DNA of 34,829 nucleotides from Catajapyx aquilonaris (Eukaryota): NCBI GenBank assembly GCA_000934665.2, contig KZ539059.1, positions 1 to 34,829 of the forward strand, read 5' to 3'. Shown piece by piece: positions 1 to 9,787 of this stretch (position 1 is its first letter; each line of letters starts with the position of its first letter). The notes under the pieces were generated by a model. It saw only the letters and a program-made list of their open reading frames with translations, ran no database searches and was not told where the DNA came from. The position numbers and the translations under genes were made by a program.

Positions 1-1106
1 AGCTTCCCCAGGGCCTTCATAAAGTTGTCCATTCTTGACCTTTTGACCCCTGTATCTCGAAAACGCTTGAGATCGAGGATTTCTCCAGAAGGGTGTTTTC
101 CTTCTAGCTGATAAGGAACCCGAAAAAAATATTTGACCTTGAACTTCGAGGGACACTTCGAGAGGTTCCCTAAGATGGCAATAAGGTCGTGTTGCATCTC
201 CCGAATCTCTTTCATTAGATGTGTCCTTGCGAGATTGCAGTATGTATCAGAACTTACCATTCTTGCGCATTCTTGAAGTAGTATGTCGGTATAATTGTGT
301 TCAAAGATGAGGATGTGACCTTTATTAACTGTACCGGTATCAGTGTATCTGGCCAGAAAGAAAGAGCTGCTCATGCAGCTCATTAATTAACATTTCCTGT
401 GAATGCCTCATTTTTCAGAACCTAATTGCACAACATGAATGTACTGTACTTTTCACTTGCATAACAGCACTTAGGGCCATGCTGAAATAATTAACCAAAC
501 ATTAATCGTCGCAGGAACCCTGTGTGCCATACACAATAATAATTATTTTCTTCCCATTTCTGCACGGTGCATGCAGAAAGAACAGGTCACTTTATGGCGT
601 TCAACCCCTCCAAGGTTAAGCAGGATTATGAGAACCAATTATTATCCACTACTGAAGAAACTCAACGGTTGTAGAGGACCGAGCTTTAGCACTCTTTGGG
701 AAGTCCAATTGTATTAGTTTAATCAATTTATTTTCAGTGGTACACATGGTGTATGAAACATGCATGCAATAAGGAGGTTAATTAAAAATTTTAACCAATA
801 AGATCAATATTTTTGTAATTTGCCATATGCCATATGTTTCATTTAGATTTTCAAAATCTAAATGAAACATATGGCATATGGCATAATTACAAGCAATATT
901 CTAGTAGAATATTGCTTTCTGCCTGTCTCCTATATAACTATGACATGTGGTATACGTATAACACTTCCCTTATTCTATCAAATAACCTTGAAGATACAAC
1001 ATCATGCAAGACATTTTTAATGATGCCTTTACATACTTTGGCATGCAAGGAGGTAGAGCATTCTCACGCTCATAATCTTCATGGCACAGGCAATCAAGCA
1101 GTTAGC

Positions 1107-4100
1107 ATGGAGATCATCGAGATGCTCGGATCGTTCTGGCTTCTGGCTGGACTTATTGCGATTGCAATTGTTTATTATTATTTTAAAAACAAGTCAAACC
1201 GGGCTAATCTTCCTCCAGGTCAGTACCTGCTTATTTTTAATAATATTGAGCACGATATGTAACTACGATCATTTCAGGTCCAATGGGTCTACCACTTTTA
1301 GGTTACATTCCGTTTCTGGGCAGAAATCCTTTCCACAATTTGGGTCAGCTGTCCAAAAAATATGGAGACATATTCAGCCTCTACTTAGGAACAAACAGGT
1401 GCGGTATGTACACTATAGGGCTCAAATTGAAGACCACAATTCAATAAGGGGCCCAATTTTGAAAATTGAAAATGTCCAGCGGGAAGCGAAAAAAACTATA
1501 TATTTCTGTTTCTGTTCATGGTAGGCAATTGTGCTCTAAACCTAATGACAGATATGGGTGATTCTCCAAAAACTTACCATTTTCAAAGCAAAAATTAATG
1601 AATTTCAAAGCTTGTTTTAAAAATCTGGAAAAATTCTCACTTACTCTATATGAGGTCACAAATCAGGGGAAAATATGGGAAACTAACTCTCATTTTCTAA
1701 AATGGGGGAAACCTTCCGGGATTGATTTTGTTGTTAACCGAAATTATTTTTATTGGAAGTCACATAATAATATATCCTCATAATATTATATCAAAAAGTG
1801 AAACTCAGTTATTAAATATCTGTCCCCAAAGTAGTGAAAACCTGGGCTCAAAAGTCGAGAATTTGGAAAATTGCTTCACTTGAAATGACCACAGTAGGCA
1901 CTAAAAGGCTGCCGGAATTTTAATATTAATTTTTCAGACACTAGTTGATGAAGGACAATTTTTTGAGTTACATCTTGTTCAAGAACGATAATTTTGTTAA
2001 AATTTTAACTGCGCCCAACAGTGTAATGTTCCATTTGCAGTGTTGCCACATTGTGCAAGTAGGATACATGCCTTTCCTTCAGCAGATACACGCCTAGGAG
2101 TAGCCAATCGGAGTCGACAGTGACATCAGATATTGACGACTCTCCCCCTCGAGTCCCTCAAACTCCTGGCACAGAAAATGCCAGGAGAGTGAATATTATT
2201 TCCTGGAGTTCGGGAGGGCTCCAGAAGAATGACCTATATATGCATGCAATAGGATTAATATCAAGGTCCAGAACAAACGTTGACTACGGAAATTTCTGTG
2301 GGTTCATGACATCCCTTCATGCCATGGAATCACAGTTATTTCAAAACATTTAAGCTATTTTGTGACATAGAAAAATGAGCCAGGAGTGTGAATGCAAAAT
2401 GCTGTGCCACATAACTGAATTTAAAACGTCTTAATTTTTTTAACCCACTAGAAGACGTACCCCTTCCACATCAATCTGCAGTTAAGTCAAGGTGTCATGG
2501 AGAAGCAGTGTTGCCAAATAACTGAGTAAAAAATCCCTTTGTTTCACTGCAAAGTTTAAAATAATATCCTGATCCAGGAGAGTAACATGAAAACTCGGGA
2601 CACAATTTGGAGTGATGCAGTAGGCCTAAGGTCATGTCAAATGAATAAATCGTTTTAAAAATGTTGTTTTATACCTTCAACAATGTACAATTTAATGATA
2701 GTATTGAAACGTGTCTAATGTTAATGGTAAAATTGTAAGAAAATATAGCATGCTTTAAAATGAGATCGTGACATGCCAAGAATAGTGATTTTAGGCCCTT
2801 AGACATTTTTTGCAGTAAAACTTAATTTAATATTTTTCTTTGTTTTCATGGGGATGTAGGTGTCAACTGCTTCTACAAATGTTTAAAAATCAACTCTCTC
2901 GGTCAAGCCATTTTTGAGCCGGGACATGGTATTGGTAAGTTTTTGGAGAATCACCCATATACCTGTACAACATGAATACCTGACAGCACTTTCGTCGAAA
3001 TCGGCATGTAATTTATATTTTATTTAAATACTTTTAATGCTCACAATTGGGCCCTTATTGCACTGTATCATTCCTTTGGCTTAAATATGTAGAATAAACC
3101 GTATCAGAAAAAATTAAGGAATGATTATGATATGCAGGAGACATAGTACTCCCCTCAGAGTAATTACACATTATATTTAATTAAATTAATGTTTTTTTGG
3201 CCTCTCATGCCACATAGGTCTACCTTATAAAGTAGCGACCATTTTTGACCACTTCCCGACTATCCCGAGGGCGTAGGTCAAAATATTGTTTTGTGACATA
3301 TAGACCCACAAGTCTACTTTATTTTCCACTAGGTTTGGCACTGCTGCCTCAGAGGGGAACGTTCTAATTGTAAAGTAACGCATCTCCTGTAGAAGTAGCG
3401 CTTTGACAAAATTCACGTCGCGCTTAAAAATCACTGCTATTTTCAAATCACGGGACACTTGTAATGCATTATAATCGCGCTTTCCAAAAGGGACAATCGC
3501 GTTTTGGTCCGTCGATGGTTTTCAGGCATTACTAGTGACATTTCGGCTCTTCTTGCATTTTATACGGATGGACATCCACCAGAGGAAGTACAATATGCCA
3601 TAAAAGCATTTCCGTAAAAATTGAGAGATGGGCCCTTATTGAATTGTGGCATTCAATTGTTTTGGCCACTTTATCCTGGTCTTGAAGCAACCCTTCACAC
3701 ACACCTCCCCACCGTGGGGCCAGTGCGAACTGCGAAGGGTTGCTTCAAGACCAGGATAAAGTGGCCAAAACAATTTGAGCCCCCATATAGTATGTTAAAA
3801 ATTATTTCCTGGTCTTAATTGCACAATATTGGTTTCAGAACAGTGTTCCTCAACAGCGCTGACTCAATCCGAGAAGCATGCAAGCTAAAGGACCTGTGTG
3901 GTCGCCCTAAGAGTGAATTAAGCCTTCTGTGGAGTGGATGTGGAACTGACCAGTGTCACGGTCAGTTTTGGCACAATGAAATGTGCACATGAAACTTCCA
4001 GTACATTTTACACGGCAGGTATTCTGACCAACGACGGTGAGGAGTGGTCGGAGCAACGTCGTTTCGCAGCAAAGCACCTGAAGAACCTGGGCATCCATGG

Positions 4101-5674
4101 GTCAGTCATGGAGAACTTGATATATGACGAGGTTCAGGACTTTGTGGACAGGCACAGGTTGGTTGTACTATCTTGTAATATTGTCCAGAATACATTACGA
4201 CTAGTGTGAACCGTGTGTTTTTCTGCAGACCAAAGGTTAATCAAGCTGTGGATCTGAGCTCAGAGTTTCAACTGGCAGTCATTAACTCTCTGTGGGGTTT
4301 GATCGCTGGTCGTCGGTTCAGACACGACGATCCTGACTTCCTCCATGTGGTCCAGTGTGCCAAAAAGTGAGTATACTATAATCATAGCCATTTGTAAAAA
4401 TTAATCTCAGCATGTACCATCTACAGAACCCTAGAAGCCAATTCGACAGGCGTTGCATTCATTTTCCCCTTATTGGCCAAAATGTTTCCTAAACTTACTG
4501 GATGGGCTCAGCTTGAAAGCAACATTGGTTTGTTGGACTATTTTGTACAGGTCAGTTAGTGTTTGTGAATCAAATGACTAGGCTGTGAATATATCAATAT
4601 AATATTATTGTTGCGCTTGTGTTCAGATGCTGTGGTTTGGACTTATATTTTCTTTCCAGCAACAGGTGGAAGAGCAACGGAGAAGTAAGAACTCAGTTTC
4701 CAACAATCTGATCAGTTTATATTTAAACAAGATACACACTTGTTCTGATCCAAGTTCAAGTTTTTATGGTGAAAAAGGAGGTAAGCTCAGATTTATAATC
4801 AACGAAAAGCCAGTCACTTTCGGTTGTCATTGCAGAAAAGTCAATGCGGGCTGCCATAATGGACTTGTTCATGGCAGGGGTGGACACATCAAGCAATGCA
4901 TTGAGTTGGGCATGTCTGTACTTATCTTCATGTCCGAGAGTTCAGGAAAAGGCAAGGGAAGAGGTGGATAGGGTCATAGGTCACCGTCAGGCAAGAGGTC
5001 CAGACAGGAGCAGGTCAGTTGTTCATAATCATATACCGGTAGGCCTACTGTATTTCCAATACATATTATCGTGTTTCTATGTCTTAGAATGCCATACATG
5101 GAAGCCGTCATTCACGAAGTTCTCAGGCTGTGTTGTGTGGTTCCTCTTCTATTACCGCATAGAGCCACCAAAGCCACAGGTACGAAAACAGAACATGACA
5201 AAGTTTTATGGTCAATGACACCAGCAACAACACAAGATATAACAATAATTACTAAGCTTACAGAACTGGGTGGATTTACATTGCCTGAAGGAACCTGGAT
5301 CATGTTTAACGCATATCATGTGATGAAAGACCACAACAATTGGGACAAACCGGACAAGTTCATTCCTGAGAGGTTCATCTCAAAGAACGGATCCTTCAAC
5401 AACCATGACGCTTTCTTAGCCTTTGGAGCAGGTTTGCTACATTGTATACACACAAAATTCTCACGTTGTTGATGAAATTATTGTTGCAGGGAAGCGCAAC
5501 TGCCTCGGAGAAAATCTGGGCCGGATCCAAATGTTTCTGTTCCTTGCGGTCATTTTGCAAAACTTTGTGATTGAATTTCCTCAAGGACAAAGTCCTGCTA
5601 TGGAATTCGCATCTCCAGGAATTGTTCTTCATCCTCCAGCTTATGACCTTATCCTTCGATCCAGACGAGCATAA
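1107..5674 (+). CDS. Cytochrome P450, CYP2 clan (CYP15/303/304/305-like), 11 coding exons, 499 aa
   Basis: GT-AG exons 1107-1218, 1278-1398, 3839-3960, 4019-4157, 4229-4366, 4427-4550, 4660-4780, 4836-5013, 5088-5179, 5264-5431, 5490-5674 total 1500 nt with consistent phases. Motifs: N-terminal TM anchor, PPGPMGLPLLG hinge, WSEQRR (C-helix), AGVDT (I-helix), EVLR (ExxR), PERF, heme motif FGAGKRNCLGE. Family within the clan is not resolved. Confidence 0.95.
1429..3654. mobile_element. Non-autonomous DNA transposon with AATT TSD (Sola1-like)
   Basis: Imperfect TIRs GAAGACCACAATTCAATAAGGGGCCC / GGGCCCTTATTGAATTGTGGCATTC, flanked by AATT at 1425-1428 and 3655-3658. A 4-bp AWWT TSD is the Sola1 signature; no transposase seen. 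Confidence 0.65.
1555..2957. mobile_element. TIR element, probable TA TSD, nested in the Sola-like element
   Basis: Perfect 28-bp inverted repeat ATATGGGTGATTCTCCAAAAACTTACCA at 1552-1579 and 2933-2960 (includes the flanking TA). Confidence 0.8.
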
Positions 5675-5733
5675 GAGTACCCCTTATAATGTGCACTGTT
5701 ATTACCACGGGGACTGTTTTTTTGGGGAACTTG

Positions 5734-5739
5734 AATAAA
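5734..5739 (+). terminator. Polyadenylation signal of the CYP gene
   Basis: AATAAA 60 nt downstream of the TAA stop at 5672-5674. Confidence 0.6.
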
Positions 5740-5945
5740 ACACCTGACAATATTATGAAAAACCTCCACATATACTGGATCTCAAAAAATCATGTCTACA
5801 TCATTCCATTAGGTACAAATGCAGTGATTTTCAACCCAAGCCAAAACAACATCGCGGTGTCCACTCGTAACTTCTGCAAAGTCGGAACGTGTCTAGTTAT
5901 GTGTTAACTGTTGTCACTTTACCACACTTTACCATTTTACTCGCA

Positions 5946-6989
5946 TTAGACTTTGTTATTGACGGACACAGAGTTGCAATAATTATAACCAGAAATGATG
6001 TCTCCGCATGTTTGCCATGCTGTGCCCCGCTGCACATTTCCGTTGCGTACAATACCAATGTTGTTATTTAAATCAGTGGTCTTTGAAGGAGTTTTGTTTG
6101 GAATATGTGTAGGATCTTGTGAGGGTCTGCATTCACTGTTGGATGGAACAGATTTTTCTTGGTCGCAAACTTTGCTGCAATTGGGCAGTTCTTTACTTCT
6201 GTCACTAATTAACGCCTTATGCTTTTCAAACAGTTCCTGGTAACGTTGCCACACTTCACTATGCTTACCTTGAGCATGGAGAACACTGGGAATGTGGAAC
6301 TCTGCATTGAGCGTGCTGGGGTGATTTGGTCCCAGAGAGTTCTTCATCTTCTCGAACACCTCCCTGTATGCCCTCAGAGCCTCCTCATGCTTTCCCTGGC
6401 CATGGAGAACATTGGCAATGTGGAACTCTGCATTGAGCGTGCTGGGGTGATTTGGCCCCAGAGAGTTCTTCATCTTCTCGAACACCTCCCTGTATGCCCT
6501 CAGAGCCTCCTCATGCTTTCCCTGGCCATGGAGAACATTGGCAATGTGGAACTCTGCATTGAGCGTGCTGGGGTGATTTGGCCCCAGAGAGTTCTTCATC
6601 TTCTCGAACACCTCCCTGTATGCCTTCAGAGCCTCCTCGTGCTTTCCCTGGCCATGGAGGACATTGGCACTTTTAAACTCCTGGTCGAGCTTTGCTGAAT
6701 CGTATTGACTGCGTTTTATTCTAGGGGTAAGTTGAACATAATCCGAACTTCTCTGATTTACAGCAACCGATGGAGACATCTGGTTCATTTCTTGTCTCGT
6801 TATCGTAGAACTGCCGCTTCTCTCAACGAAAACTTTTCTTCTGTATAGAAATGACTGACTCCCTCCTCTTGTTAGTGTCGTATGCTCGTCCTGATCTCCG
6901 GCATCAATAATGCTGGGTATGACCTCTCCCCTGTGTTCCTCTGAAGTCTGCAGTCCATTTCCAAGGAAAGAACTCCCACACAACTCAAC
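5946..6989 (-). CDS. TPR-repeat protein (42-aa kinesin-light-chain/nephrocystin-3-type repeats), large terminal exon
   Basis: Open frame of 348 codons containing 3 copies of ANVLHGQGKHEEAL(K/R)AYREVFEKMKNSLGPNHPSTLNAEFHI plus a partial copy. A phase-0 acceptor TATTATTCCAG precedes 6989; the ORF-track start is TTG, not a true start. Confidence 0.8.
   Translation of the reverse strand, partial: VELCGSSFLGNGLQTSEEHRGEVIPSIIDAGDQDEHTTLTRGGSQSFLYRRKVFVERSGSSTITRQEMNQMSPSVAVNQRSSDYVQLTPRIKRSQYDSAKLDQEFKSANVLHGQGKHEEALKAYREVFEKMKNSLGPNHPSTLNAEFHIANVLHGQGKHEEALRAYREVFEKMKNSLGPNHPSTLNAEFHIANVLHGQGKHEEALRAYREVFEKMKNSLGPNHPSTLNAEFHIPSVLHAQGKHSEVWQRYQELFEKHKALISDRSKELPNCSKVCDQEKSVPSNSECRPSQDPTHIPNKTPSKTTDLNNNIGIVRNGNVQRGTAWQTCGDIISGYNYCNSVSVNNKV
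6291..6668. repeat. 126-bp coding tandem repeat, 3 copies
   Basis: Units 6291-6416, 6417-6542, 6543-6668; unit1 vs unit2 differ at 1 nt, unit2 vs unit3 at 3 nt. Confidence 0.97.
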
Positions 6990-7839
6990 CTGGAATAATA
7001 TAATGGTACAGTATGCAATGTGATGAAGAATAAATTATGAAAAACACTCTGCCTTTTTTCGCCACTCATCATCATTGTGGCTTACGTGGTACTGTACCTA
7101 TATTAATAATTTTCTAACTCATTATATTACATTGAGTACCATCTTCTGTCATCTGCGTTTATTTTTTGAACACGATTGTATATTGGCGGAAGTGTGCCTG
7201 AACTATACCCTCCTAATTACAAGAAGTTGATATGCGGGTCACGAGAAAACTCCTACTCTTCGCCGGCAGTATCGCTAACTGAATTTTCCATAATCGCATG
7301 TACCCCTCGCAGATTCCAATGTCATGACTTTAGATAAGATGACGTAATTTCATAATAGGCACGTGTCTCAAAACTCCTTGAATCCAAGCCAAAAGTGCAT
7401 TTTGTACCGATGTTATTGTCACAAAAATTAACCAAACTACAAGTAGCTCTGTATAAACTCAAACTGATTTTTCCTTGTCTTTCCGTCACCTCAGCTGTTA
7501 TGGTCCAATCTAGTGTTATAAATAGTGTTAACATTGGCTTGAATTTAATTTATGCACTTGCAAAGTTCTGTGTCTAAATACAGTAGTTCCTCTTTCATAA
7601 TACTGTATGCAAATAAGCATTTGTTTCCTCTGCATATGGAATACTCACGACGCTAATCTGCACGATAGTTTTTCCTATACACACTATTTTTCTTGAATTC
7701 TGTGAGCCGCAATATTCAAAATTGGAAAGGACAATATTTAAAATATATTATTGTTCTGTCAACCCAGGCACCACTTGTGCAAATAATAACTAGTCTATAC
7801 TGTCAAACGTACTTCTCAGAAATTTTAATCCTTACATAC

Positions 7840-7995
7840 CTTGTGACCTCCACAGAGCGTAGAAGTGGAGATGTCTCCTTTTCCTTTGCTGAACAATATT
7901 TCTGCAGCACCATTAGGTTTGGTTAGGACCATTGGATAACTTGTAGACAACGAGCTGACAAGAGTTATTAGCTGAATGATAGTTGTCAACATCAT
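7840..7995 (-). CDS. Probable first coding exon with signal peptide, possibly of the TPR gene
   Basis: MMLTTIIQLITLVSSLSTSYP... (52 codons) ends at a strong phase-0 donor AAG|GTATGT, phase-compatible with the acceptor at 6989. An optional 51-nt phase-0 exon lies at 7649-7699. Confidence 0.45.
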
Positions 7996-8757
7996 CCTCA
8001 CTTCCCTGTGTTTTGTCGACATGTGTGTGGAATACCCGATGTCTCACACGTACGTACTTTTATACTGCATCGTCTGCATGGGCTAGAATGCATCGTGCTG
8101 ACAAGTGGGCATGCTCTGCAGGGCATTTTTCATGACCTTTCTAATCTGTGGAAATACGTATGTCACGGAGAAACTTTGCCAAATGATAGCCTGGCCTATC
8201 GTGGTCTATATACGCAGCTTGGTGGAAATTTGCCTTAAAATAGGGACCTTTGCTGCTAAGTCTCGGATTAACTCGGAGAACTGATGACATCAATATTACA
8301 TATAAAGAGGATGATGGAAAAACCTCAGCATATTAAAATCCATTAGGCCTACTTAGTAAGAAACTGGTGGGAAAACCACAGGTCGGACTAGAATAATATG
8401 AGATAATTGTTAGCCTATATCCCAAACTTATCAGTGTTATCACCTATAAGACAAACTTTGAATGTTTTCCTTCGCAATGACGTATAGCCTCACTGATTTT
8501 GAGAAAGAATTGTTTCTTTTTTGGCCCTCTATATAGTCATGCTGACACCGTCTTTTCGAGATCGATCGCCAAGTACCGTACCTCATGACACCAGGAGAGC
8601 TTTTGCAACATTTTCCTTGACATATTAGTCACAAGGTATAGGAGTTTATCACTAAAGAATGTAGCACTTTTAACAAAGGGTTAATGTAATACTTGTTCAG
8701 TACTTCAGTTCCCAACGGAGGAGTGGATGATTATGGCGGGGTTGTTCTCTATATTTA

Positions 8758-9306
8758 TCTAATATATATTTCAAGACCTATGTCTGTCCCCTTGTGACCT
8801 CATCAGATCCATACGGAGGTCTCCACATAAGCCTCCACATATGCCCCAGGGGTATCACCCATGGGTATCACCCATGGGTATCACTATGGGTAGCCATAGC
8901 AGAGTTGGACGGAAGCCTACGAGCAGCCGTGTGTGCAGAAGCCTCCTAGCAGTCGTAGCCATACCAGAACATGCGTGGGAGGGTTCAACCCGCACCTTAC
9001 CCAGCTGAATTGAACCATCCTTACCTTACCTCCCTCTTGATTGGAGAATGTACTCAATTATGGATAATATATGATTATGGAACGCAATTTGGATTTAACA
9101 TTTGACTTCCCTCCTTAACGACACCTTACATTTTCTTACAATCTGACATCCGTAGTGTGTTGTTTGGACTTCATGCACATGCAGTAATTATGCTCATTGT
9201 GCCAACATTGTGTAGCCATAATCATTGCAAAGGTAACTACCACATCAATGAGTCACTCCCATGGAAAAGTATTTCATAACCCGTGCAACGCCGGGTATCC
9301 TGCTAG
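8758..9306 (+). mobile_element. Non-autonomous Helitron
   Basis: A|TCTAATATATAT 5' end; 3' hairpin ACCCGTGCAACGCCGGGT (9279-9296) followed by CTAG|T; no TSD. Contains a 13-bp tandem repeat GGGTATCACCCAT near 8850-8892. Confidence 0.75.
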
Positions 9307-9787
9307 TAAATGATAATCACATAATAAAACATGGAGGGGGTTTGGCCAAATGGTGAGGATTCTAAAGAGGGGTAGACAGGTGTTTAAAATTGTAAAAAAA
9401 AAAAGTTTCAGTGTATAGTGTATATTGGCCTGTACATTACTAGCTTTATAGGTACAGTAGGCCTACGACACTCGTTCTAAGGTGTGCGATGGACAAAATC
9501 GCACCTGAGTCTTCCGCTTATGTATGTGGTTTATGCGTATCAAAGGCTTGACGAGTAAGCGCTATTATTTTTAATGTCGATTAGTAGAAACGCAAGTTAA
9601 TACGTGTGAATTCATTTTTTCCCAGAGCTAAGAAATAACCTGCTTGTTTCCGGCGAAGGGTGAGAAAATACTGCACATTCGTGAAAACTTGTCTTACATA
9701 GTACGCCGGACAGTCGGACACTAACAGATGTCCAGTGTCAGGAGTCTGATAATAGCGCAGTCTGATCGAGTTCGATGTAGGCCTATA

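Larger units (their letters stand above)
1412..3791. mobile_element. Short fold-back MITE split by a later insertion (CYP intron 2)
   Basis: Removing 1429-3658 rebuilds GGGCTCAAATTGTTTTGGCCACTTTATCCTGGTCTTGAAGCAACCCTTC, the reverse complement of the right arm at about 3733-3782. Confidence 0.8.

Noticed and set aside
1..175. Terminal fragment of a DNA transposon (likewise 34608-34829, 16857-16930, 30152-30378)
   Set aside because: Only one end or weak TIR evidence is visible in the window, so it cannot be classified.
834..1106. N-terminal extension of the CYP in the ORF track
   Set aside because: AT-rich non-coding-like sequence; the P450 signal anchor starts at ATG 1107, just after a probable acceptor at 1089.
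6291..6668. Possible CRISPR-like array
   Set aside because: Contiguous 126-bp coding units with no unique spacers, in a eukaryotic context.
6219..6698. 159-aa plus-strand repeat ORF
   Set aside because: Antisense shadow of the TPR repeats.
6960..7860. Insulin-like peptide (signal peptide plus LCG motifs)
   Set aside because: No second B-chain Cys with correct spacing and no CC-x3-C-x8-C A chain.
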